Shown: positions 50,976 through 62,824 of the stretch, piece by piece
Position numbering within the stretch: position 1 is the first letter of the stretch
Layout of the letters: each line of letters begins with the position of its first letter
Position numbers and translations under genes: made by a program
Notes under the pieces: generated by a model
The model's input: the letters and a program-made list of their open reading frames with translations, nothing else
What the model was told of the DNA's origin: nothing
Database searches by the model: none
NCBI RefSeq assembly: GCF_018350175.1
Contig: NC_058383.1
Location: 4,030,001 to 4,094,000 of the forward strand
Direction of reading: 5' to 3'
From: Felis catus
Lineage: Eukaryota
DNA length: 64,000 nucleotides

Positions 50976-52677
50976 GGGGCACCTGAGTGGCTCGGTCGGT
51001 TAAGCCTCCAACTCTTGGTTTCTGCTCAAGTCTTTTTTTTTTTTTTTTTTTTTTTTATTTTTGGGACAGAGAGAGACAGAGCATGAACGGGGGAGGGGCA
51101 GAGAGAGAGGGAGTCACAGAATCGGAAACAGGCTCCAGGCTCCGAGCCATCAGCCCAGAGCCCCACGCGGGGCTCGAACTCCCGGACCGCGAGATCGTGA
51201 CCTGGCTGAAGTCGGACGCTTAACCGACTACGCCACCCAGGCGCCCCGGTTTCTGCTCAAGTCTTGATCTCAAGGGATCGAGCCCGGTGTGGGGCTCTGC
51301 ACTGACAGGGCGGAGCCTGCTTGGAATTCCCTCTGTGTCTCTATCCCTGCCCTCCGCCCCCACCCCTGCTCCAGATAGATCGATAGATATGGCACCTGGG
51401 TGGCTTACTTAGTTAAGCAACTCTTGATTACAACTCAGGTCATTATCTCACGGTTCGTCACTTTGAGCCCCGTGTCGGGCTCTTTGATGGTAGCATGGAA
51501 CCTGCTTGGGATTCTCTGTGTCTCCCTCTCTCTCTCTCCCTCCCTCTCTCTCTGTCCCTCCCATACGAGTGTGCTCTTTCTCTCTTTCTCTCACTCTTGC
51601 TCCTCATCTCTCAAACGTTAAAAAAAAAAAAAAAAAACAAAAAAAACAGAACCCTAGGCTTTTATTCTTGTTTTGCCATGCTTTATTCGTTTATTCATGC
51701 TTTATTTCTGTTTTGGTTTTTTTTTGTTTTTTTTTAAGAGAACATGTGCACACACACGAGCCAGGGAAAGGGGCAAAAGGGGGTTGGGGAGAGAATCTCA
51801 CGCATGCTCCATGCTCGGCACAGAGCCTGACACGGGGCTTGATCCACGACCTGTTCCGAAATCAGGTGTTGGCCGCTCAACTGACTGAGCCATCCAGGCA
51901 CCCCCCAGCATGGGTTTTTGAAAGCAGCTGACCTTTACCAGACCTGTCCAAGGCACCTGCTCTGCTTTTCATGAGGGGAGGAGTGAGCCAAACAAAAACA
52001 AACCAAAAACACAAAATGAACTCTTCTTAGCTGTAGTTCACCAGTGACTGTAATAGTGAATTAAATGTCACGGTTAGAGGTCCTGGTACAGTCGGCAGAA
52101 ATGGTCACGGGAGCAGGCACTGCTGGCTTTGGACGTCACACGAGTGGTAAATGAGGAACAAAGCCGCCCGGTCACGGCCAACGTCCTCTGTGCCGCGAGC
52201 ATCCAGTCCGCCTGGTGTTCCGGAAGGAACAGGGAGCCTCCGTATCCAGGAGGCGGTTAAGACTGGGGAGCAAGCACTGTGTTGTGTCTTTATTTTTGAT
52301 TTTCTGTTGCGTCCCTTCCCTAGCGGCTGATAGTGTGCCTGGAGGAATCTCTCTACATACACAACATCCGGGACATGAAGGTACTGCACACAATCAGGGA
52401 GACCCCTCCGAACCCTGCAGGTAAACGAGTTGCGGGAAGAAAGTGTCATTGCCTGATTCTGCCTCTCACTTATTTTGATTTTATTTTAGAGAGAGTGTGT
52501 GTGCACGTGGGGGTGGGGGGGCGGGTGGTGGGCAGAGGGAAAGAGGGAGAGACTCCTAAGCCGGCTCCGCGCTCAGTGCCGAGTCCCATGCGGGACTTGG
52601 TCCCACAACCCTGGGATCACGACCTGAGCTGAAATCAAGAGTCGGACGCCCAACCGGCTGAGCCACCCAAGTGCCCT
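50976..52677. mobile_element. CAN-SINE cluster around WIPI2 exon 5, including a young SINEC_Fc (51034-51247, minus) nested in an older SINE
   Basis: TSD GGTTTCTGCTCAAGTCT at 51017-51033 and 51248-51264; further copies at about 51391-51648 (plus), 51715-51905 (minus) and 52470-52677 (minus). Confidence 0.9.
52324..52420 (+). CDS. WIPI2: WIPI2 exon 5 ([32 protein letters not shown])
   Basis: ccctag| acceptor, G|GTAAAC donor; includes R143 (R125 in WIPI2b numbering). Confidence 0.96.
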
Positions 52678-53064
52678 CGGTTCTGCCTTTTAAAGATTAG
52701 CGGTTTTGTCCATATAGCTTCTACCCGGATAGACCGCTTTGGAAAGTAGTGATCTTAAACCAAGCTGCTTTCCCTCTGCTGCCGGGCTTGTGACCACGTA
52801 AACCATTGGTTTCGTCGGCTTCCAGTTCTGAGGTTACTGATCGGTTTCAAGCAAAGGCCTGCAGTCTGTTTTTATAATCTTGTCACTGAAGGAGGTGGTT
52901 GGGGCTATGGCGCTAGAAGCAAGCCCGCTCGGCAGCCGCCAGGGCTGGCTCAGGGTCCCCTTTGCTGTCTGCGTTCTTTGTTACGTAAATGCCAGCTTCT
53001 GTCTAACAGCGGAACAGAAAACCCTCTCGTCCTAACTCTCCTGGGCCTCCGTGTGTTTCCACAG

Positions 53065-53162
53065 GCTTGTGTGCGTTGTCGATAAACAACGACAACTGTT
53101 ACTTGGCGTACCCGGGCAGTGCGACCATCGGAGAGGTGCAGGTCTTCGACACCATCAACTTG
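53065..53162 (+). CDS. WIPI2: WIPI2 exon 6 ([33 protein letters not shown])
   Basis: ccacag| acceptor, TTG|GTGAGG donor. Confidence 0.96.
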
Positions 53163-53590
53163 GTGAGGCTCCTTTTGTGCCGGGGTCACTCGCTCGAACG
53201 TCCTCGTCCCCGAACCGGGTGCCGGGGAGCCTTCAGCCTCCTCGTTTCTGTGGCTCGGCCCTGCGGTTTCACTGCCGCCTTCCTGGGGGCACAGCAGGTC
53301 CGGGTGACCTCTCCCTGCAGATGGATCCCCGTGGTCTCGCCCGCAGTGCTGAGCTCGGGCAGACTGGCCGCTGGAAGGGCCGGAGGGAACTGTAGCCACT
53401 TCGTGGACGGCCTGCTTGGAGCAACCTTGCCTCGGGCCCCACCCCCAGTAAATCAGGTGGACATGGCCTTGGTGTCAGCTGGCGTGGTGTCGGAGGCCCA
53501 GCCAGTCAGCGCTTCAGCCTCGTGACGGGGGGTGGCGGGGAGTGTGGTCTCGCCGCACGGCGGCCACGGCACGTCGGTCTTGCCTTCCAG

Positions 53591-53683
53591 AGAGCTGCGA
53601 ACATGATCCCGGCTCACGACAGCCCTTTGGCAGCGCTGGCATTTGACGCCAGTGGAACCAAGCTGGCCACCGCCTCGGAGAAG
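53591..53683 (+). CDS. WIPI2: WIPI2 exon 7 ([31 protein letters not shown])
   Basis: ttccag| acceptor, AAG|GTACGT donor. Confidence 0.96.
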
Positions 53684-56350
53684 GTACGTCTGCCGCGTGG
53701 CCCTACGGGAACCCGGTCTGGGGGCTTTGGCACACTTTCTCGGTTCCGCTCACACAGTCAAGCGACCAGATGGGTTTCTGGGTCGACCGGCTCCCAGACC
53801 AGCACGGACAGCGGCCCCCGCGGCGGCTGTGGGACGAGCTGCCCGGACTGCGGTGGGAGCGTGTGGGCGACACGCCCCACGTCCTCCTCTGAGACGGTGC
53901 TGGCGGGCGCGGTGCCAGGGAACTCGAATGGCAGTGAGGAGTGGACGATGTTCCGCCCAGGGCGGGTCTGAACACATTTCGGTGCACGCTCTTTCCTTTC
54001 CTTCTGTGTCTGCTCACTTAAGACAGTGACCATGCCGAATGTATCACCTACATCCTTTTTCGCCCTGTGTGTGTCGTATTTCGCAGAGTTAAAAACCCTT
54101 CTAACGGCCGTACGGCACTTGGTTGTGCTTTACCGAGACGTCACCCTGTGGGGACGTTTATGTTCTTCCTACTGTTTAGATTGGAATGATCACATTTGGA
54201 ATATAGATAATAGTGTGTCTTACATACAGATCTTTTTTGTGCCTCTCGGTTCACTTAAGAGATTCCAATGAGCAGACTTTCTGGGTTCAAAGGATGTGGT
54301 TGTTGTAAGGTTCTCCCCACACAGCACAGGGCGACTCCTGCTTGGGCCTCCCCCCTCCCCCCCCTTCTTGACACCGGAGGGGCGTCACTGTCTTCCCAGC
54401 TTGGCTGCTATGTCTTGTTCCTTTGCGGCTCCTCTGGTCTCCTTAATCTCGTTCTCCTCTGTTCCGGCTTCTTCTGTGCAGTTCCCTGCTGCCTAGCTGT
54501 GCTTTGATGCTTGCTCACCGACAACCTAGGTAGCCTGCCTCCTGTCTCCTCTCCCCTTGAGCCAGCCAACCATGTAAGATTTGAGAAAAGTCCGCTTGAA
54601 CTCTGCCGCAAGGGTCCCCCAGTTTCAGTAACAACAGCGCTGCCATCTGTGGCTCCCTTAGTCACTGAGGACACAGGTCTTTTATGTTCATGACTCCATC
54701 CCATCCCCCAGCAAGGTACACATATTCTCATTTCATATCGAGGGTTCAGAGAGATTAATCATTTGCTCGGGGTCACCAAGCTGGGTGGCAGCAGAGGTTC
54801 GGACTCCAAGCCTGGCTTTGCTTTTAAACACCACTGGACGATTGCGTCGTCACCTTGTTCGCTTCTAGGGCAGTGGCGGTGAGCTTCTGTCACCCCTTGG
54901 ATAATAAAGTCTCGTCTCCGTAGTTCTCATCGGGTCAGAGAAGCACCCTAAAGCATTTTGTGGAGCCTCAAGGCCGGTAAAAACAGAACTGGAGCTTTCT
55001 GGACAATGAAGAGCAATCTTCTGATTTGCTTTTAGCCCGAATACTCTTGGTGCGTGGGGTTAGCCCTTGGCGGCATCCCGTCCCGCGGGGCGCTGGGCCG
55101 TGTCCAGCTATATGCTTGATCCTGCATTCAGTGGGCACAGCGAGGCTCCTTACCAGCTCACCGTTAATTAGTATTGTGCAATAGGTATGCCATTAAAATA
55201 AATTTCTACATCCGAAAATTTAGACTACAGAGGACAAAACCTTTGCTGTGGTTGTTGTTGTAGATGAGTGTGCTATTTTATCCTTTTCAAGTCTCAAGAA
55301 TGGCAAACTCGTTTGGTATCTTTTTATCCAGAGAGAATCACTATATTTAAAGAACGTTTTCCAGAAGGAAACGATTCCTGGTGTTCTGTAATGAGGTTGC
55401 TTATAGCTTATTTATTTATTTATTTTTACTATTTATAAACACGTCAGATATCATAGAATGGTTTTCACACTAAAGAGTTTGAACCTTCCAAAACGCATTT
55501 GGTGTCAGGTGACCCTCTGAGTAATTCTTCCTGCCCTCGCACATTTGAGATACTACCTGTTTTGAGGTTTTCCTAGGAGTCTCTTCCCTGTGTGTTTTAT
55601 GACCGTAGCTTGTTAGTATTCTTTTAACATCTGGATGTCAAAAGCACTACTCGTGCTCACTCTCTTGGATGTTCTGTCTTACTCTCTCAGATGTTCAAGT
55701 CCTGTCCTTCCAGGCACACGTCCCCGTTCTCCAGGGCAGCGGCGGGAAACTGGCATCTTGAGAATGGCTCATCCCCACACGGGGAAGTAGGGCCGCTCAC
55801 TGCTCGTTCATACGCTCCTTTGTCTGAGTCATATGGGTTTTCTTAGTGTTGGTCCTACCATGTATAAGTTGGGACTTACTTGTTTTTAGGCCATTAAGTA
55901 GCATTTCCAGCCAGTGGTTCCCTTGATCAGTAACTCAACCTGAAGCAGCAAGAGAGGCTGTCCGGCTGGGGGGCGGTCCTTGAACCTCTCAGACCACCGA
56001 GTGAGGTGATGCTTCCTAATGTGCAGCAGGGTCGGCCCGTAAGAGTTTAAACTTCACGTCACGTAGAAGGACCAGAACTGTTGCACACTTGACTCCAAGG
56101 GTATCGGGGTTTAGAGCAAGCAGGGAGTTACAGCGGCCGCATTTGAAGAGAAGCGTAAACGTTGAGTACGCAGTAGAAGCGGGAAATGTTCCCGTGGGCA
56201 GAGTGGGGTGCTGCTGGCTTGCGGGGGGCGTGTGGAAGCTGCTGGTGAGTGGCGCCCCTTGTGTCTCCTTCACAGTCTGATGTGAAGGAGACAGAAGGCT
56301 GGGCTTACTCGGTTAAAATCCCTTTTTCTTTCCTTTTTCACCTGTCACAG

Positions 56351-56421
56351 GGGACCGTGATTAGGGTGTTTTCCATTCCAGAGGGACAGAAACTCTTTGA
56401 GTTCCGGAGAGGAGTTAAGAG
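56351..56421 (+). CDS. WIPI2: WIPI2 exon 8 ([24 protein letters not shown]), carrying the PI3P-binding FRRG motif
   Basis: tcacag| acceptor, AG|GTAAGA donor. Confidence 0.96.
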
Positions 56422-58703
56422 GTAAGATACAGAAGTCCCAGAACTGGTTTTGGAGTTGACATTTGGATTTTGGGTGTGTGTTCTCTGGATCGAGTGGAAA
56501 CTTAAAGCAGCCCTGAGAGCCCCATTTCAATGCACAAGTGTTTCTCAACCCAGCCAGACGGTCAGAGGGGACTTGGGAGTCGTCCTGACGGGTAAAGGAG
56601 CACGTTTATAACGCCAGCTGGCTTTCTTCTGTCTGCCACCCCCCCAGAACGGAGGGCAATGGCCAGGCAGCCCAAGAATGAGGAGGAAGCGGCCTGACTG
56701 GACCCCTTGGAGCCATGTGGCTTCCTCGGCCTGCTCTGAGGTGGCAGGCCCGTGAGTTCCCGACCTGCTCATCACGCTCCTGTCCTGCTCCTCTACTCAG
56801 AAAACCCCTCAGCGTTTGGTGCTCCCTCCACTAATCTCCCTGTCCGTCTGCACACCTTGCCGGGTCTGTACTTGGCACCCCCTGGGTCCTCTTCCACAGG
56901 ACTGGCTCTAGGGCTCTGGTCCCTGTCCTGAAGGGGCCACCGATAGTGCCCACTCCAGGGCGGGAACTGGGCCGGGAGGTTTTCCAGAACCTGCAGCTGT
57001 TGGCCACCCCCACTTCTGGGAACCTTGCGTTGGGCATCAGCGCTCCCTCTCATCCCTGGGGTCCTTCCCAGAGACGGCACACCTGTGCTTTAGGGTCCCA
57101 TCTCCAAAGCCAGATGCCTCAGTCCCTCCCCATTACTGCTTCCTAGGTTTCTTGCCTTTTTTCTCTTGGTTTTCCTTACATTCACCTTTCTCGATTTTTC
57201 TACTGCTACTGCTTCTCCATTTCCTCTCCCTGTGTCTCACTTCTGCCCTGGAGCCTCTCCTCCTGTGCTGTGCGGCTCCACAGGTTCCCACAGGCTCCTA
57301 AACCGGGTTGTCTGTGTGCTGGTGGGTCCACCTGTGTGTGTGGCCCAGGCTGCTCTCCTGACACGCACCTGTATTTCTCCTGCCTGCTGGATGCTGGGAC
57401 CCCCGGTGACCCACCAGAAGGTGCCCCCCATCTGCCCTTCATCGTTCACGTGCCTGATCTTGGTGAACACCGCCATCATCGACCTGGTGCCTGGGTCAGA
57501 GGGGCTCCACACTGGCTCCTTTCTCCCATTCAGTCAGGTGGCAGGGGTGTCGGCACCCTGGTTCAGTCCCACCAACCCCCTGTCCCCTCCGCCTCTGCCC
57601 TCCCACTTCGAATCACTGCCGTCTGACCTCTTGTGTGCCTCGGTCTCTGTCGTCGGCCCCTTCGGTCCATTCTTCAGACTGTGGCCCAGGTTGCTCTTTG
57701 AGGGTGTCAGTGTCAGTAAAGCACACGCCCGTTGGGGGAGTTCCAGGCGTGCCTCCTGCCGGCAGGGCCGACCCCCCAGCCGTGGTGCGTGAGGCCTGCC
57801 GTTCCTGCTTTTCCAGCTCGGCTGCCCTGGCCCCGTGACTCCCAGCTCCGGCCACACTGAACGCCCGCTCCTCAGAGGGAACTCTCTGCACCGGGTCTCG
57901 CCTGTGCGGTCTCCTGTGCTGGGTGTCAGTCTGTGACCCGGCCGACTGCTGACCCTCGCGTGGCAACAACCCTTCCCTCCACGGGTCTCTAGCGCCGCCC
58001 ACTCGTACTTTCCGGCTCTCCTTTCTTGCGGCAGATTACTGTCCGCGAACTCGGCTCACCGAAGCTCCGTGAAAGCAAGAGCCCTTCCCAATTTCCCCGC
58101 TTCATCCCCAGAGCTTGGCCCAACACCGGCACTTCACAGGCACCCGTTAAACACGTACTGACCTGACGGGGCACACGCATCTTGTACTTCTCAGTATCAG
58201 GAGCAAGTGCAGGTTCATTTGAGGCTTTGGGATTTTTACAGCGGTTTTTAAGATAAACTGGAGAGTCTGAGCGTGTTGAAAGTTCTGCTTTCCTCTTAGA
58301 TACCACCAAGGTTGCCAGTCTGCCTTGCACGTTAAGAATTGCGAGGATTTGAATTATTGGACTTTGTTTTATTAACCTGAGTGCTGTAAATCCTGCCTGA
58401 TTCAGCTAAAACTGGTTTAGTGAAGCCCTGAATCCCTTTGTTATTTGGAATTTCAAAGAAAACTAGCCAGCAGTATGGTAAAGAATTGCTCTTAATTTAT
58501 TATCTTTAAAACATTTTCTTTTCTTCAGAAAAGTTTTTGAAAAAGCGTCTGGAGAGGAATAAGAAAGATGTCCGTAGACTCAAGTATGCCAATTCCGAGA
58601 ACTTTTCTCCTCTGACTTTAAAGTCCCTGGAGAAAGGTTGCTAATCGCCCCTTGGAGGTTTGCGGGCGACCGCGTCACTCAGGCCTCTTTTGCTCACCCG
58701 CAG

Positions 58704-58811
58704 GTGTGTGAGCATCTGCTCCTTGGCCTTCAGCATGGACAGCCTGTTCCTGTCCGCGTCCAGCAACACTGAGACTGTGCACATCTTCAAACTTGAGACT
58801 GTGAAAGAAAA
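58704..58811 (+). CDS. WIPI2: WIPI2 exon 9 ([36 protein letters not shown])
   Basis: ccgcag| acceptor, AA|GTGAGT donor. Confidence 0.96.
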
Positions 58812-59751
58812 GTGAGTTGAGTTGCAGAGGCACGTTTGTTTAAAAAAAAAAAAAAAAATACAAAGCCCTTTTTCCACTGACTGGGTGGAAATTCCAGCAC
58901 GGATGTTGTCCTGCCTTGAGACATTTTTGCCAGTAAACACCCCGGAGCTGCCTCTCGTGTAAGTGTCACCAGATGTGGGCTCAGTGGTGAAATGACTTCC
59001 CTGAAAGATGAGGCAGTGAGGCAGGACAGGAGGTTGGGGGACGGGGGTGGTGTGAAGAGGGACGTCCTGGGGTCTGTGCACACGTCCCCTCGTACCACTG
59101 CCTTTACCCACACAAGACGTGGGAGTGCGCGCTGGCTCCAGCCTGCCCACAGGTGGTTTCTGCATTTAAAGCAATTGATTTAAATTCCGCGTTACTCTGA
59201 CGGGTGTGCGCAGCGAAGGAGAGGTTCTTTTCTTAACTTTTAAAAAGACACCCGCAAGGTTGAGTGTTGTTAGTTCACGTGCTGTCTTACTCAAAGGAAT
59301 ATTTACGATAAGTTAACAAATACATCCAGGTGAACAACAACAAAATCGGGCCCTGGGGAAATAATTGAGATGTGTGCTCATGAGGTTTCAGTAGACTTAC
59401 TGTTGAAAAGTTCTGGGGCGGAGGGCGGGTCGTGAATCTGGCCCCGTGCATTTTCACTTCTGCAAAGTGGGGAGCCTGCCCGTCTGCCACCGTCTCATGT
59501 GGCCCCCTGGGAGGAGCAAAGCTCTTCTAGGTTCTGAAACTTGACAGGCCTCCTCTGACCCTTTTCAGGAGATGCGCCCACAGCGTCCCCAGTCTCTTGA
59601 GACTTCGTCGTTCTCTACGCCCCTTTTTACCGAGGTGTGGGGAACCCTTCTTCCGGTTTCAGGGCTGATACTTGCTTCTGTGAGTGGGACCTGGTCATTG
59701 TCCTGGCGGAGAGTCCGCCTTTGTGTATCTGATAATGGTTCTTCCTTCTAG

Positions 59752-59916
59752 ACCTCAGGAGGAGCCCACCACCTGGACCGGGTACTTCGGGAAAGTGCTC
59801 ATGGCGTCCACCAGCTACTTGCCCTCCCAAGTAACAGAAATGTTCAACCAGGGCAGAGCCTTTGCCACAGTCCGCCTGCCTTTCTGTGGCCACAAGAACA
59901 TCTGCTCGCTGGCCAC
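59752..59916 (+). CDS. WIPI2: WIPI2 exon 10 ([27 protein letters not shown]...ICSLAT)
   Basis: ttctag| acceptor, AC|GTGAGT donor. Confidence 0.96.
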
Positions 59917-60773
59917 GTGAGTAGGGACAGGGGTCACCTCTCGCTCTCCTGCCAGGGTACATCCAGTCAGGAGCCTGGTCTCGGATCACTGCAGACGGTG
60001 GAGGTGTGGCCCCGTTAAGTTGCTCCCGGCCCGGGAACAGCCCGGAACTTAGGCCTTTGCAAAGCTTGGTCAAGAGCTAGGTGGAAGTGGAGGGAACCCC
60101 CAAGTGCCTCTTCACCGTTACTGGACTGAAATGCTTCCCCTGCGTTGTTCTGATCCAAAAATTCTTCCTCTTTCTGTTTCTTTGGGAATATTGGTCGTGT
60201 TACTAAAGAAACCGCCTAAATCTGAACTATGGGAGGCCGCCAATAGTTAACCTCTTGGGACCTACAGAACCTGCAGTGTGACCTAGTCCAGGGCTGTCTG
60301 TGTCGCTCTGGAGTGGGGCTTCAGAATGCACAAGGCGCCTGGTGAGCTTCGTCGGATTGTCCAGAGTGTAGCCACGCAGGGAGATACTGTCTTGAAAATT
60401 CCGCGATAGCACGTCTTCGTGGTTCCGTGCGCGGAACAAACATTACTTGACCTCCTCTTTGTCCAACTAACGTAGTTGAAATATCTACGCTTAGCATTCA
60501 GAGAAGCCACGGAAGTGGTTTTGTTCCCGGCTCTTCTGTGGGCTTGGGTGTCGATTCGCACGAAGTGCACCCGCAGCCCCCGTGCTGTGGCCTCAGGCGG
60601 CGGGCGGGCAGCATCTCTCTTCTCACCAGTGGAGCACACGAAACTAACTCTGCTCCTTTGGGGCGGGGGGCGAGAGGCCTTCCTGGCTGTGCCACAGGCG
60701 AGGCTCCTGGTTTACCAAGAATGTTGTATGAAAGCGGAGGTCCTAGAATCGGGCTCCTTCTGATTCTTCCTAG

Positions 60774-60881
60774 AATTCAGAAGATTCCCCGGCTACTGGT
60801 GGGAGCTTCCGACGGGTACTTGTACATGTACAACCTGGACCCCCAGGAGGGAGGCGAGTGCACCCTGATGAAGCAGCACAA
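60774..60881 (+). CDS. WIPI2: WIPI2 exon 11 ([36 protein letters not shown])
   Basis: tcctag| acceptor, AA|GTAAGT donor. Confidence 0.96.
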
Positions 60882-61702
60882 GTAAGTGGGCCTCAGCCGG
60901 CCAGCACCGCCAGCGCGGGTACTGTGATGTCAGGCACCCCCCCCACCGCCGTGCGTTTGCCCGGTTCCCCAAAGCCAGTGACACAGACGGGCATGTGCCC
61001 GCGGGGCTGGCCTGTGCCGCTGAGGAGACTCCCTTGCGCAGACAGAACTGGGTGAGGGCGCGGGCCCCGGCTCTCGGCGCTGCTCTGCTGGTGGCCCAGT
61101 GCGGTGACTGTGTAGAGATCGGACAGGCGGCCGGCGCTGTGCTCGTCCGTCCCCGGGCCGGGCCGGGCCGACTGAGGCGGGAACTTAGCCTTTTCCAGGA
61201 AAGGGATGACGCTCTTGGTGTCGTCCACGGTACACTGAGCGTTCTTGGAGCGCCTGCTGCCTCAACGTGGGACACAGGTGTTCTCTTCGAAAAGAAGAAA
61301 TTCATATTTGTTCATTGGGAAGAGTGCAGTTTGCTGTTGCTTTTGCTTTTTCTGAATTACGCAGGAATTCCCCTAACAATGATACTATAATACTGTAACG
61401 TTATAACTGGGGTCTTTTTTTTTTTTTATAGCAGATTCTACTTATGATCCTCAGTCTTAAAAATGGGAGATTATCTCAGTGGGTGTAACTTTCACCAGAT
61501 TTCCCAGGTAGAAATCTTGGTGAGAAATCCGAGTGAACACAGGGAATGAGCTTCTAGTCAGCACAGTGGAGGGAGCGCACACGTGTGTCCATTTTGGGTG
61601 AGCCTGTTGGGTTTTCTGGGCACTTCTGGCCCCACAGGCCCACGAGGCTGAGTTGTGAGGATTCCTGACGGCCTCGCCGTCTGTTTTCCTCCCTCCCTCC
61701 AG

Positions 61703-61833
61703 GTTGGACGGCAGCATGGAGACCACCAATGAAATCTTGGACTCGGCCTCTCACGACTGCCCCCTAGTGACGCAGACCTACGGCACAGCTGTCGCCACAG
61801 GTACTCACGTGCCTTCGTCTCCGACCAGACTTG
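61703..61833 (+). CDS. WIPI2: WIPI2 exon 12 ([43 protein letters not shown]); alternative in-frame donor after 61800
   Basis: ctccag| acceptor; donors CAG|GTACTC (61800) and TTG|GTAAGG (61833), 33 nt apart. Confidence 0.93.
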
Positions 61834-62711
61834 GTAAGGGCTGTGCCACAGGCACGTAGGTAGATGTGTGCGGCCCGTGCTGCTGCCTTCCCCCCCCCCC
61901 CCCGCCCTTTCCCCTGGGCCGGGACAGGCGGTGCCCTGAGGCAAGCTGTTGGCAAGGGGGGGGTGGTTCGAGGCTGAACTACTTGTATTCGTTTTCGAAG
62001 GAGTAGTCATGATGGCTCAGGCTGCTTTGGGTGCGTGTGAATTGTTCCTGGCTTGCTGCTAAAATATTACCCTCAATTTTGACGTTGCCAAGGGGGCGCC
62101 CTTGGTCCTGTGTGATCGCTCACCGGGCGAGCGTGCGGCACCCCCTTGGCACTGGGAGGCACTGGGGCCCTGGGAGGATGGTATTGTCGGCCTGCCTTCG
62201 GGGCCCCTCCTGCTGCGGGACAGACACAGGGGAGGCCATGCAGGCGTCCACCCCACCCCCCACCCCCAAAACCACCTTGACCTCAGGGGGGCGATCCTGT
62301 CATTTTGCTCCCACGGGAGACTGTAGGTGTCACCATTGCTCTCTGCGGTGAAGCGGCCCTTTCTGTTGGGTAAGGCCCTGGGTGTCTGGTGACGAGCACC
62401 CCGCATCACCAGTTCGAGAACTGTTCCCACTCTGTCTGTGGAGGAAAATTTGCGGCCTGGCTGTCGGGAAGCCCCGTTTACTGTGTAGCCATCTCGTTTG
62501 ACGTTTATGAATTTTGGAAAATACCTGATTCACCTGGGGCTGCCCAAGGCCGCGAAAGGCTGGTAGTCAGAGAGGGAGGACAGTTCAGACTTAGTGTGCG
62601 CCGCGGCCTGTAAACACGCCGACGGCCGTGTCCCCGCGCGGCCTCCGTGGCCGCCGGCTGCCGCCGTCCTGCCTCGCAGCCCCTGAGCGTGGCCGCGCTG
62701 TCTCTTTGCAG

Positions 62712-62824
62712 CCTACGCCGACGAGCTGGGAGCCGCGGGCGGCGCATGTCTGGAGGAGGAGGCCAGCGCTCTGCGGCTGGAGGAAGACAGCGAGCACCCC
62801 CCTATGATTCTTCGGACGGACTGA
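62712..62824 (+). CDS. WIPI2: WIPI2 last coding exon ([37 protein letters not shown])
   Basis: tttgcag| acceptor, TGA at 62822-62824. Confidence 0.96.

Larger units (their letters stand above)
24130..62824 (+). other. WIPI2: WIPI2 gene span (start to stop): WD-repeat phosphoinositide-interacting protein 2 (Atg18/PROPPIN), 13 coding exons, 454-aa longest form
   Basis: Exon lengths 74+54+83+170+97+98+93+71+108+165+108+131+113 = 1365 nt, all GT-AG with consistent phases; FRRG motif present. Confidence 0.97.

Noticed and set aside
7137..51267. Many similar 60-110 aa ORFs ('SAQVMIS...GSVLTAQSLEPASDS')
   Set aside because: Translations of CAN-SINE copies, not a gene family or repeat array.
57166..57792. 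208-aa ORF in WIPI2 intron 8
   Set aside because: TTG start, no recognisable domain, no supporting splice structure; expected by chance in GC-rich sequence.
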